Positions 1-12,624 of a stretch of 64,000 nt of DNA are shown piece by piece. The stretch is from positions 23,808,001-23,872,000 of the forward strand of contig CM106585.1 of assembly GCA_048013815.1 (NCBI GenBank). Reading direction: 5' to 3'. Below the pieces are notes generated by a model. The model was given only the letters and a program-made list of their open reading frames with translations. It made no database searches and was not told the DNA's origin. The translations under genes and the position numbers were made by a program. This DNA comes from Setoptus koraiensis. Its lineage: Eukaryota; Animalia; Arthropoda. Within the stretch, counting starts at the first letter, position 1. Each line of letters begins with the position of its first letter.

Positions 1-5
1 AACGA

Positions 6-53
6 GTTTCATTACAATTCCCTTCAAACAGTTGAAAGGAATTGTAATGAAAC
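6..53. repeat. Inverted repeat / hairpin (16-bp perfect arms plus 5 inner pairs, 4-nt loop)
   Basis: GTTTCATTACAATTCC (6-21) is the exact reverse complement of GGAATTGTAATGAAAC (38-53); inner TTCAA/TTGAA pairs after one mismatch. Confidence 0.9.
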
Positions 54-737
54 CACTGGCTGGTCAACAATGATGTGTATTGAGTACTAATAATAGTACA
101 TTATGTACATGTGTCCGTATTCACCCTATTTTTGTTATTGTTGCGACCGTGTTATTGTATGCATTTACTGCCAGTGGTAGCAGTATCACTATGCAATGGT
201 CAACAACATCTTAATAACAATGGCGCTAACGATTACGTGATTCTACCTATTATAACTACAACTTTCGTTATGCAACAGTAACAACAACATGATAAATCAA
301 ATTCGTTACTCTCTCTCTCTTTAACCAGATCGCAATGATAACAATCAATAATAGATAGCAAGCAATAGATATTTTCATGCAAATACAATGTCTACTGTAG
401 CTAATGCCCGTCAGGCATCATTATCGTAGGCGCCATTCAGGGGCGCACATTGGAAAATAATTACACAACTCACAAATGCTCATGGCCGGTAATTGGTGTA
501 TCTGTTTCGATATCTGGTCACTCGGAGCGCCTAGCTCCGGAAATGGTTGCTATGTATATTGAGGGATAGTGAGCTCTCAGGAGTTGTCACTAAACGATTA
601 TAATCTACGTGTGTCTCATACACACATCATTAGCTTATTTTTTGTGTTTGTTTTGTTGTTCACATTTGGTGGTGCAAATAATAATAGAACAATGTATTAT
701 TGATTCTTGTTGTCGTGTTTTTGGTTGGTTTGGTTGG

Positions 738-773
738 TCCAACGAATGTAGCTAGATAGCTACATTCGTTGGA
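738..773. repeat. Perfect inverted repeat (16-bp arms, 4-nt spacer)
   Basis: TCCAACGAATGTAGCT (738-753) / AGCTACATTCGTTGGA (758-773). Confidence 0.9.
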
Positions 774-1541
774 TATATGCAAATGCCAATAACAAAGGAA
801 TACTTGCAATACCTATTAAGATAGCACGATATTTCTCTTTTTGTTGACTGTTATTGTCATTTACTTGCATTCGCGTTTACTAAGTGGACAGAAACTAACA
901 ATACAATGTAAGCAATAGTTAGCAATAGTTGAACAAACACGCTTCTTGTATTTTGTGGTAAACCAATAATGACAATAATAGTATATACGATAATAAGTCA
1001 GTATATTGCATAGCAAGAGGTCGTATTTGTATTGATTGGGCCTTAATTGAGCTCAAACTTTGCCTGTCACAAGGTAGCAGACAGTTGTGCACATATATAC
1101 ACGGTTGGTTACATAATTGCTAGAGCAACTGGACGACTCACCCAACCAAAAGTTGCTCTAAAATGTAATTAAACCGTTTCGGTGAGCAACAACTCAATTT
1201 AGATGACGCTTATATGACGAAGAACTCACTTCCATTGCACGATGAACAACATGAGAGAGCCTCGACGAGAATTATAGCAAATTGAATAGTTGGCCCTATG
1301 CTCAAGCAGGATGCGTCTGTCTTATTGCCAGGTCGGCCAGGCAAAGATTGATGTATCCATAAATTGTAACTGCACGTTCTGCATACTTGTGCTATAATAG
1401 TTGACACGGAATGTCACAAATTTGATAGATGAGGCACTAGGCTAATTTTGATCAGACAGGTACATAGGTGCTCGTTATAAATGTAGGTGAGTCACTAGTG
1501 GTCCATTATTGTTTGCAACGAGCTGCACATAGTCTGTTTTG

Positions 1542-1752
1542 ATGACGTTCTCAAAAACGATGTAAGCTCGCCCGCCCCCACATTGTCTTCTTCATGATGC
1601 AACTAATTCTTTTCAGAGCTCTAGTTGCTTGTATTTTTAGCCAAACGATTTGCTTAATGCAAATGAGTCAGACAGATATGGTAAACTCATTGAAATGCAT
1701 GGATATTCATGAATATTCTTTAAACCTCGTAAATGTACATCAAGACGAATAG
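1542..1752 (+). CDS. Candidate small spliced ORF (51 aa, hydrophobic signal-peptide-like N-terminus); join(1542-1561,1617-1752)
   Basis: 55-nt intron GTAAGC...CTAAT...TTTTCAG (1562-1616); splicing keeps the frame: MTFSKTIALVACIFSQTICLMQMSQTDMVNSLKCMDIHEYSLNLVNVHQDE*. No homology recognised. Confidence 0.25.
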
Positions 1753-2681
1753 ATTTAAAGAAAATCAGACGTAAAGGAACTATTGGTTGGTATTGCCAGT
1801 CATATATTCATCGGATCACAGTTGACGGATTTTGATTCGATTCAATTGAGGGGCCCAACATGAAAATCACGTCTTGCTCTAACGTGCAATTGGCCCATGC
1901 CAGTATACCTGCCATTCAAATGTGTGTGGCCTGATTTGAGTGAATTGACTGAGAAATCACTTGATCATGCCAACTATATTGGGACAGTAATCTTATCTTT
2001 ATATGCGGATCCTTATCATTAAGAGATCATCTATTTTGGTGAGCTAATACCAAAATAGAGCAGCCCTTCACGAACAGTTGGCAGCAGGGCAAATGAAAAA
2101 AATTTTTTGAGCTGCTCTGACAGGGTGAATTCGAAGAACTCCCGTGTTCAGATTTGTTCAGGTTGCACAGGTTAAGTATGCTCGTTTATGCGCAAAATTG
2201 TTGTGTAAATGCAAACATTTTTTGTTTGATTCGTGTTCCAAATTGCTTGCTCATGATGGGGGCGAGTTATTTTTAGTCTCAACGGGCCCATTCAGATAGA
2301 TCTTGGCTGTCTTGGTAGCCGTGCACATACATGTATGAGCAGATACTACTTGTATGATACTAGTATATACCGGTAAGTACGAGGCACATGTCAATCGGAC
2401 ATGGTAAATATGCTAGCTTGGCAAGCTTGTTTGTTATGCTTTACGGCGGTGGCAGTGGTTGATATAATCAGTGGCGAGCAGCTAATTTGTTTAGAGAGAT
2501 GATAACTGGAAGCATATGTTGCGAACACAACATAGCGGGCCCCATAAATTGCGATGATAGCATAGATTGCGTGGCAGTATATATAGCTGACCTCCCCCCC
2601 CCCATACACACACTCTAATTCAATACCTGAGTCTTGCTTACAATTTTTCTCTCTGTTCTCCGTTCCTTTCGTTGGCCAACA

Positions 2682-2769
2682 TTCTTCGGGGGCCCCACTC
2701 TTTTTGGGCCCCTCTCTTTTGGGGCCGCGCTCTTTTGGGGCCGCGCTATTTCGGGGCCGCGTTCTTTGG
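2682..2769. repeat. Degenerate ~17-18-bp tandem repeat built on TTTTGGGGCC(C/G)C
   Basis: About five consecutive units visible. Confidence 0.8.
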
Positions 2770-3092
2770 ACACCTTTGACTGGGCAAACAGCCAGCAGCA
2801 GCGGCAGCTCTATTGTTGTTTGTTGTTCTAAGACTGGCAACAATAATAACGGCGTGTGCCGGCCCCGTGAGCTGTATACGCCCGGTCGGCCTCCAGATGG
2901 TTTTAACATGATTATTATTATCGCCAGGGGCTAACTAACTACAGAGGCGCCTCTTTGGGCTCGGTTTAGAGCTAGAAGTTACTGGGGCTCCAATGGCACA
3001 TGCGGATCTTGTGCGCTATTGGAGCTATTCTTTTCTGTTAGTTATTATATACAAAATAAACAGCAAACAACAATGCAGGCGAGCGGAGGCAA

Positions 3093-3129
3093 GAAATGGC
3101 GAAATGGGCGAAATGGGCGAAATGGGCGA
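3093..3129. repeat. 9-bp tandem repeat (GAAATGGGC) x4
   Basis: Read directly; first unit lacks one G. Confidence 0.9.
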
Positions 3130-3493
3130 TACAGGTGAAGCTGGTGGCACAAAATGAGGCAAGTAGCGCCAGACGAAACAAGTGAACCCGCAACAGAGAC
3201 AATCCGCGAGACGGCCTGTGGTCAAGCCGATTAGCCGCTAGATGCCAGGCGTTATAAAGGCGAAAGAATACATTTTGTTGTTGCCATTGATTGTGTTCGC
3301 AAGCAAAGCAGCCTACTAAATATGCTACAAGCCCATTCTTCTTAGGGCCCATTCTTTCACCGCCGCCCTTATCCGGCCAGCGAAAAGAATTTAACTATTT
3401 CTATCTGTTGGTCGACTGGTCCAAAATGTGCTCGGCTTAACCGTAATTACATTGAACTATATATAGCCATCGGACTATACACAGCGGCTCACA

Positions 3494-3578
3494 TCATTGA
3501 AATGTTAGAAGATCATTGAAATGTTGGCTGATCGTTGAATGTTGGCTGATCGTTGAATGTTGGCAGATTGTTGAATGT
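3494..3578. repeat. ~18-bp tandem repeat (TGTTGGCTGATCGTTGAA-like), 4-5 units
   Basis: Read directly; outer units degenerate. Confidence 0.8.
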
Positions 3579-4298
3579 TTGGCCTGGCCTTCGCTCGGCC
3601 GGAAGTCGGAGACTAAGAAATTATCCGAAACATGATCCTTCGGCCTGGCGCATCGCAAAAGATGCTGTGCCAGTTGGGCCATTTGCCTAAATACGCTCAA
3701 GGGCGATCGCGAGCAATTTGGCTCATGTTGCAAATACCATCTCGACTAATACGCCGATGCTGAGACAATTGAGCCTAAAATAAGGATGCAGTAACAGTGG
3801 ATAGTGGCAGACCGATTTTCAACAATCTCAATGCAATATATAATGCACCATTTTCGTCCTTTTTGATGCCTCAATGTTGCTGCGATGAAACTTTGCGTGA
3901 CAGTGTGTTTTTGTTCAGTTATTTTCGCTTCTAACAAGCGCTTGACCACTCACACGTATGATAGCATATTAATATAAAATAAAACGTAGCAACCACTTGC
4001 TAATGACATAACATACATGCAAATACAAGCAAACAAACGGGCTGCCCGATGCTGTAATTTTGTATGAAATTATATCAAAGTATGCAATTGCTGACTGCAT
4101 ATCTTGTGTGTTTACAGGCGCCGAGCTGAATCGTGTCCTGCATTTGGATGTTGTTTTAGTGTGCTCGCTGCAGAACATAGGTCTCGCCAGACTGGACAGA
4201 GGTCAGCCGATCAGTTGTCGCTGGCAACTTTAACCGCAATGCTCAATATCTGCACCATAAGCACTTTTGTGCCTCTCGTCCATGACTCGTCCATGAGC

Positions 4299-4372
4299 CG
4301 TGCAATGTAAATGTGGCTCGTGCAATGTCAATGTGACTCGTGCAATGCCAATGTGACTTACGTAATGTAAAT
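4299..4372. repeat. 20-bp tandem repeat (GTGCAATGTCAATGTGACTC-like), 3-4 units
   Basis: Read directly. Confidence 0.8.
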
Positions 4373-4490
4373 GTTGATCGAGCACACAGGTAAGCTTGCG
4401 CTCGTCGGCTGGTTTGATGGTCGGATGCTGGTCGCACAGGCTGTTTCTCACAAGCTGTCGGTGGCGACTTTCGGCCATCGCGCTGTTCAG

Positions 4491-4550
4491 CGACCATTCA
4501 GCGACTATTCAGCGACTATTCGGCGACTATTCGGCGACTATTTGGCGATT
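4491..4550. repeat. 11-bp tandem repeat (GCGACTATTCR), about 5 units
   Basis: Read directly. Confidence 0.8.
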
Positions 4551-5630
4551 CGACCGTTAGACAGTTCGACGGCGAGACAGCGCCAAGACCATTCGGCAAC
4601 GAGCTGGCTGAATTTGGCTGAGTGCGCTGTTGAAATGCTCCATCATTTGTTTGTTATTTCTCATCATAATGCGCTCGCCATAATGCGCATAATGAGATGG
4701 CTACAATCAAACATACAGCCACCGTTGCCACTAATGATAGACAGCACGGGCGACAGATAAACACGCCGGCCCGAATGGGCAGTGCACGTTGCGAGATTGG
4801 GGCACACAAAGAAAGCGCAAAGTTTTGCAACATTGTGCTCCCATTACCGCGACCACGCCAACTGTCCTTTGTGAAATGCGTGAATTTTTGTTCGGGCGTG
4901 AGCGCAACATGGGGCCCGCTGCTGAGAAAAAGTCACCACTACAGCCACCGCTATACAAGTCAGTGCTGGCAGCCACCGCTGTGGCCCCATGTGCGCGCCC
5001 CATTGGGCTGCTCATTTGTGGGCCCCATTGTGGGCCTCATTGTGGGACTCACACACCGCAGCCGGTTTGCTGGCGCAATCTGGGCATAATCAATTTTTTT
5101 AATTAGTTGCGAATAGTTGGTTTAGCGGGCCAAGTAGTGCCAAACAACAGCGCGTTCAGTGGTCGTCGTGGGCGTCATTGTATCTGGCTGCCATTGTACA
5201 TCTGGCGTACAACGACAGCCAGATACAATCGAGCAGATATTGCCAAACAACAGATATGTGCCCATTGCGCAATTGTGTGATATTGTTGCTGAAACAAACA
5301 ACGACAAGCGTACAAATACGACGAGCAAAAAGAAAAGATTCGCGTGATGCATTGAAACTGGCAAGTTTCATTCAGATGGCGCTGCGGGATAAAACTGGCC
5401 GTCTTGGCTCGTGCTGCCACGAGCTTGCTTGTTCGGGCGCCTCACAAACGGACTGTTAACGAGCCAACTGACCGAAACGACGACCCATGGCAAAAGTGAT
5501 GCGACACACAGGAAGAGTGAGCCTGCCGGAAGTGGGCCAGTGCAACAATAAATAATATATCATTGGCGCTGCTTTTTTGCTGCTGCGGCTGCTGCTGCTG
5601 CTACTGCTGTGGTGATGGCACTGCTGTGAC

Positions 5631-5736
5631 AACGGGATAACGGGATAACGGGACGACGGGACGACGGGATAGCGGGACGACGGGATAACGGGACGACGGG
5701 ATAGCGGGACGACGGGATAACGGGACGACGGGATAA
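5631..5736. repeat. 8-bp minisatellite (CGGGATAA / CGGGACGA), about 13 units
   Basis: Two alternating 8-mer variants read directly. Confidence 0.9.
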
Positions 5737-6805
5737 GCGCGTAATGGGATTGTATTACGGGATGTAACGGGATTGTGAGCGGCGCCAAAATCGCTGGCAA
5801 CCGAAAGACTGAATAACCGTCCACTCGATGCTCACCCCATCCCCTGTTGCTACTCATCAGCTGTTTGCATGATTGTGGTGACCATTCCAATTGACCATTC
5901 CTCTCTGACAGGTAGCCAGCCTGTGAAAGGCATAAATGAGGCCCGAGAGGGACACACACAGAGACAAAGTCGCTTGTCAGTTTGAGTTTAACTTTTACAA
6001 GTTAATCCCCAGCAGTGAATTTATCATCGCAACTTTTTACCCGCCAGCGACCAGTCAGTGGGCCAGCAACTGTTATTTTGTGTTCCCTTATTTTGTTCAT
6101 TGTTATGTCACACACACACACACACACAGTCTCTTGCTCTTTCAGGGATTTCTCTTGCGAAATTGAACAAAATTCAGGCGAGCGGCATTGGCAAGCTAGC
6201 TGGCCAGTGACAAGACCGAGATGGGAGAGCAAAACAAGCAAAGGGAGCGGGAAGAGTTGAGGGAGCAAGGGGAGAGGATCAGAGTCCCATCGTTTGGGTG
6301 CACGTCGTGCGCTGACGTCCACCTGTGCACTGACGTAATGGTCTTGCAATAATGAGCACTCTCCTGGGGCCAATCACACAAACTGAAAATAAGCCAAAAC
6401 GGATAAAATAGAAGTGAATTTCATTCTGATAAACAAAGCTAACTCACTAACTGACTGACTGCGACTCTGTTCAACACAGTCTGTTGTAGGAGGCCACGCT
6501 GACAAGCACTGTTGTTCGCGCAATAGTCTTGCAGCGAAAAAGTTTGCCTTATTTTGGCCCCTCTCTTGTGTGTGTGCAAGTGCACACAGGTGAAAAGAAG
6601 TGCAAGCAAGTGAAACGAAGAAACAAACAATTTGGGCCGACTTGAGGCCCCAACACACACAAAAGTCACAACAGCGACCACGTTCGAGGACAAGATAAAA
6701 AATGGCGACACAGTGAGCAATGGACAATCACTAATGAGAAGTCAAAGGCTGGCCATTTTGGCGAGGCACTTAGCGAGCTTGGCTAGCGTTGGCCAAAGCG
6801 GCCGC

Positions 6806-6866
6806 GTAGTGGCTGGTTGGTCAGTAGTGGCTGGTTGGTCAGTAGTGGCTGGTTGGTCAGTAGTGG
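6806..6866. repeat. 18-bp tandem repeat (GTAGTGGCTGGTTGGTCA) x3+
   Basis: Read directly. Confidence 0.9.
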
Positions 6867-8885
6867 AGTAAAAGGTTTTTCTCATCAGGACCAACTGTCA
6901 TTAATTGTGGGCCTGAAAAATGTCTGCTCTCAACTAAACACATACAAACAAAGCGGCTCAACTGACACTTTGTCTCGGCTCAAGTTTGTTGTGTGTATTT
7001 CCAAAGTTGTGCCCATTGTGAGTGTCCATTCCGGCAAGACGAGTTCAATTGCGACCATGCGACCCACTCCACCCACTCAAGCTATCGGCTTACGTCATCA
7101 CGGCAGCAGCAGCAACAACAACAACATTATACACATTATTATTGTGTCAAAGTTGAATGATAATACTCATTTATATGATCCAAAAAATACACTCTACACA
7201 CGTTCTGTAAGCGATCAATTGTTATTCGCTTCACTGGCGCCTCGCCTGACATTTACTGAATTAAAGATACTTTATTTTGCATCGCTCACCTGTTTCTATA
7301 CTGTCTCTACACTGTTGTTTGTATACAACTTTTGTAAACAACTGTTTGGAAAGTTGGCCAGGTGACAAGTTTGTGTTACTTTTAGCTGGCCCGACACTTT
7401 ATCATTTGCTCGCCGCTGGCTCCAGCAGACACGAGGTTGTCTGATGCTGAAATTATGGCGACACACGTAGTGTCAATAGTGTCGATTGTTGTTTATTGTC
7501 GCTGACGATGGGCACAAAGAACTGACTTGTCAATTCTCAATTCCAATGACCTGTTACCGTGTTTGTGTGAGGCCCAATATTGTGTGTCGATATATGTGTG
7601 CTATCGATTGTAGGCTCAGTTTGCAGACCCAATGACTACCGGTGTAAGTGCACAAACATTGGCTAAAGACAACAAGTATATATATGTCTATAATGAATAA
7701 TTTATTAGCCTTGAATTAACACACAAAAGTGACTTTTGGTTGCTTGTGTAATAGCCTCGGCAAGCGACATTATTTATTATTAGTGGCATCTCACTCGATA
7801 TCGTCGCAGATCACAAGGCACAAGACACACAAGAGCTGAAAGTTGAAGAATAGTGTCAGTTGTATTTACTCAGGCAATAATATCTTATTGATATGGGCAC
7901 AAATGGGGCCCGCTTCCATACATATCATGTGCATGTGATAGTGATAGGTGTGCCTTGGTATTAATTCAACAGTGGCCAAGGTGTAAAAGTGGGGCCAAGT
8001 GAACAAAGAAAAGGTGCTAAAAGGTTTCGAATGGACGCCCAACGATCGCAATGATTGAATATATTATTGTATTTCCGTATCTATCCTCTGTGTGTCTCAC
8101 TATCTATCCGCCACGAGCGCTGTCTAGCCACACACACATATCCAGGTAAGCTCGCTGGTGACACTTACACTCACGCTGAGCTTAGTTGGTGCCACAGCTG
8201 AATGTGCACACCAAACACTAGGCGCAGGTAGCAGTTTTGCACTATAGCGACTTTGGCGACTATAGCGACTTTGGCGACTTTGCGACCGTGCCTAACCGTT
8301 AGCGCCGCTGTGAAATTGTGGCGCGCGTCAGTGATAAATGGAATAATAGAAGCACCCCCACGCAACAGAGATAGCGCCATATAGAAAAGTGGTAGTATAA
8401 ATCTCGTTATCATATGATACAATCGAAACCAAAATTGTGCCCGTGTAAAATGTGTCAAATCTATTTAACAACTTTTGCTGGCGCTGCTGTTGCTGCTGCC
8501 TCCAATGCCGTCGGCGTCGCTCGTGTCGCTGCCGATACAAATTTGGGCTCGCTGGCTCGCGCTATATCCGCACCAGATAAAGCACCAACAAACACAATCT
8601 ATTTTTGCGCACACTGCACAATGGTTATTGGCCATTGGGTCCACATAGACAATGGATAGCGATGGCGGCCGATTATCAGCGACCGCTGACCGCTGGCCGC
8701 CGGCCGATCATTGATCATTGGCCGACGCACAGATAAATAAGTTTTAAACGGAATTGTCTCTCAAAATAGCTCACCCGATATGTTTTCATTTGTTATTTTT
8801 AGTGGCTTTCATGACACCAGCTCCCTGTCTATGTGTGTGTGTGTGCGTGTGTGTGTGTCGTTGCTATTATTTCGCGCCAGCAGCA

Positions 8886-8960
8886 AAACTCGTGCCCAAA
8901 TAAACTCGTGCCCGAATAAACGCGTGCCCAAATAAACGCGTGCCCAAATAAACTCGTGCC
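8886..8960. repeat. 16-bp tandem repeat (AAAC(T/G)CGTGCCCAAAT), about 5 units
   Basis: Read directly. Confidence 0.9.
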
Positions 8961-11900
8961 AACGACACGACAACAACGGCGTCTTGTATAACGGGCTAAT
9001 AGATTAAGAACAATTACGCTATTATCACCATCAATCATTGACCACGTGCCATCGGTTTGTGTAGATCCTCATGCTGGCCGGTTCTGTGTGTACCGGTTGT
9101 AACGGCCCAATGGTGGATACATGTGGCCCCAATTGCACGTGCCACACCGTACATCCAGCAGCAGGTATTTGCGCATTAGAGGATTCGCCAATTTTGAGGT
9201 TAATGCGTTCGTGTGCGTGGGTGTTGCAACTATTCGCTCGATCACTTGAATGAACTTGAAGGGAGCCCGATGAAACGTGGTGCGTGAACACACACACACA
9301 CACAACGATTCACGCATTCAGCATCGAAATTCGCTTGAAAATACAGTGAGTGCAAGTGTCGACTGTGAACAAAACAATCAACTGGCGAGCAATTGTTCTC
9401 AATTGTTGTGCTCAGCGAACCAACCACCAACTCAAACAAACAAATCACAGGTAAATTCAGGTAAATAAATTAAACAATATCCATCATACACAACCGACTA
9501 AAAGCAATAACCAACCAACAGGAAGTCTCGCTGCGCACCAACTAGTGTAGTTCCGGTGATACAAATTTCGCGCCACAGTGACACTCAGCCCGTTGGTTTT
9601 TGTCTCTAGGTTCGTTCGTCATTTACAAAAAGCAGCTTTTCTTCTTCATTTTGGCTGTCTATCCACTCTACCATTTATCCCACATAGACCCACAGATGAC
9701 TGTCTGGTGAATCACTGTCGGAGCAACCATAAATGGTAAAAAAAACATGCCAGACAGACCTGCATCAATAGTTAGCTAGCGACCGCCTGAGCACGTTGAT
9801 CACGTCTCAATAGCAACTGATTGATACAACAATTGATCTTATTTGCTGCTGTGGCTGGCTCTTCCCATTGCGATCGATACATTCGTTTGTAGATGCAACT
9901 ATCGCTCCACTGGATACCGAACGGGTGAAATAAAATAAAACAAAACAAAATAAAACGATCTATGCAAACAGGAAAAACGGGATGAAACTGCAACTTGAGC
10001 GGGGTGAATTTTTTTTTTCAGTTGTTATTACATTGTATTATTTTTACTTGGACCGATACTATTCAATCCTTTATTTCAATTTGTGCCCACATTGAGAATG
10101 CCTTTTTCATTTGCGTGCTAAGCTACAATCAACTGCCGCTCCCTTTGAGCAAAATGAGCCAGCCGGAAATGGTGGTCTAAATAAACAACTGGCACAGTCT
10201 CGTGAAGCATGATGATTTGTTTTTGTTTGTCTCTCAGTTGTTGCTCTAACCACTCAATAACGTTTTTCATAACATTGAGAGGCATTGTCTTAGTAGCGCC
10301 AAAAAGAGTTATGTTCACTCTCTTATTCTTATTTGTGTCCCTTGCAGAACGCGACTATCCTTCGACTGGCGCATAGGGTCAAAATAGAGAATTTTCTGAC
10401 AAACTGATTTGTTTGTAATGAAAGAAAAAAAAATGGGAAATTTCGGCTAGAGAACAGATAGGTTTTGCATAGTATTATAAATTAAATCAAATTGACAGTT
10501 ACTGAGAAAGCGTTGATTTTTTGTATTTGTTTCAGAGAAAAAAGGAATGCCCCATCCAGTGCGTGAACTGAGATAATGTAAGCAGTGGCTCAAGAAAACA
10601 CCTCTCTCTTTCTCTCGAACACTTTCCAACTGAAATGAGCCACTTTATAGACTTCTATAAATGTGCATAGAAAGGCCTGAATCTGGTTGGTTCCGATTGA
10701 CAAGTTGCAGCGAACCAACTCGACATTTTCTCAGAAAGAATTCGCCTAAAATAGGATTCTCAGAGTTTTGGGGCTCCTAGAAAACGGAATCCATCGCTGA
10801 CTGTGTCGCTACTAATTACATTGTATATCACATGTTTCTAAATTAGCATTTTAGCGTTCTTTTCGGGACACTGCGCCCATCAACTGATCGCAAACGGAAC
10901 ATCTGAATGATTTGGCCAATAGTGTGAGAGACAAGTGCAATGTGGCCTCCAAATTATTTTATCTGCGACCTCACTGCCGCGTTTCTGGCACGCGAATAAT
11001 ATTGCAGATGATTATGACTGCAGATTGCGCAGATTAGACAAGCACAGATCACCGAGGCCAGATAATGAGGCCCCAGTGATAGTGCGCGTGCCCATTACGT
11101 GATCCAATCTGATCTGGCTAGACGTACGGCGATCTGGCAGAGACAAGTTCCAGTCTGATCTCGTTGTATCCCCCCTTTTTAACTCGCTCATTTTTTTTAT
11201 TTATTTTCTCTGTCTTGTGTGGAGACCGTGAAAATAAAGTGTGTCTAGACTAGTGTTGTGTTGTTTTCATGGCTGGCTTGGTTCATTAGTAGAGTCGCCC
11301 ATTTTTGTATACAACACGGCTATTCGTTTGTGGATAACCGTTGATCGCCGGTCATGGTTAGCGGATCATTTTTGGTCAGATTATTTGAGCGGGTCGAATC
11401 ATCGACCGGTCGGTCGCCAGGTAGCCCCATGGTACCTAGGAGAGCGGGTTTACCCGACCGGTGAAACGAGTCCTGAAATTGAGGTATGCAAAGAGAATGC
11501 TTTGTATCCGAGGGCGTGCCTGTTGAGAGCACAATACTGGTGCCTCATAGAGCACGGGTACCCGACCACTTGAGGCGTTGCTTTCGCATTGTGTCTGTTA
11601 TAATGGGACCGATCACAACTGAATGGAGGCCAGAACATGTGGCCCAGAACTTGTGAGCTAGAAGTAACCGATTTGCTGCGAAAATGTCCAGTCGATAGTT
11701 ACATCATCAGACAAGTGATAGGTAAAGTTTTTTCATTGTAGCCAGGAGTTGTTGTTTTGTGATTATTTGTGATGCCTCAGATAAGCGGTTGCTGCAAGGT
11801 AAACACAGGGGATAATCAGTTAAAAAGCGTATCCGTTATGGATTGTGTGTGTGCGCTGAAAATGATTAGTTTGGTACACGAGGCAAGCTAGCGTTAATAA

Positions 11901-12397
11901 CAAGTGGCCACTAATCAACTGAACACCATTCAAAGCGCTACATTGGATTAGCGTTTGTTTATTCACGTCATACACGCGCTTAGGGCGTCCCGCATCCATC
12001 TCAATCCGCGAGTAATCCCCTATTTTTGTGTCTATGTTTAACTTGTCTGACAACATTGTCAGCCCGAGTCAAGTGAACAAACACATAACACCATAAAGAC
12101 ACGGACAGACAACTAAACTGACCAGTGGTCTTGTTTTGAGTGCCATGCGGTCAAGTGATGGAAACAGTGAGCAGCTTTTAGTTTAGGCCGGTTAAGTGGT
12201 ACGTGAACCAGCTTACTGGCCCTTCAATTAGCCACAAATCTTTATCCGTTGGCACCCCGTCATCGCCCGTCTTCCAATGAAACATATCTCCAGTGTGTGC
12301 CTCAAGCAAACACATAAATGCCAGATGATATATTGATATCATGAGGGCAGATATACATAATGGCGCGCTCAGTTATGTTTGCTTGTTATGGCCAGGC

Positions 12398-12516
12398 GAG
12401 AAGAAGAAGAGGGCGGGGGCAGAAGACGGAGACGAAGAGGGCCAGAATAAGAAGAGGAAGAGGAAGGGGAAGAAGAGGAAGAGGAAGGGGAAAAAAGAGG
12501 AAGAGGAAGAAGAGGA
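12398..12516. repeat. Polypurine GAA/GAG low-complexity tract
   Basis: About 120 bp almost entirely A/G on the plus strand. Confidence 0.85.
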
Positions 12517-12578
12517 CCAAAAAGAAGGCCAACCAATCGACTAATGACCAATGGTTAGCTAATTTACCTGTTCCAAAT

Positions 12579-12624
12579 TTAGGCGCCTATTAGTAGGCGC
12601 CGATTAGTAGGCGCCTATTAGTAG
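12579..12624. repeat. 14-bp tandem repeat x3 containing the palindrome TAGGCGCCTA
   Basis: TAGGCGCCTATTAG / TAGGCGCCGATTAG / TAGGCGCCTATTAG. Confidence 0.85.

Noticed and set aside
2098-2112. AATTTTTTG as an snRNA Sm site
   Set aside because: No U1, U2, U4 or U5 conserved sequence nearby.
10118-10318. LEQQLRD as the GABA-B-R2 coiled coil
   Set aside because: Short chance-level match; none of the preceding 7TM exons were found; no clear splice sites.
11410-11535. Resemblance to SRP RNA, 5.8S rRNA 3' end or U3 words
   Set aside because: Only short scattered words match, with wrong order or spacing; the SRP helix-8 motif and rRNA context are missing.
12341-12544. K/R/E-rich ORF as a nuclear protein
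   Set aside because: It is a translation of the GAA/GAG polypurine tract, with no splice or domain support.
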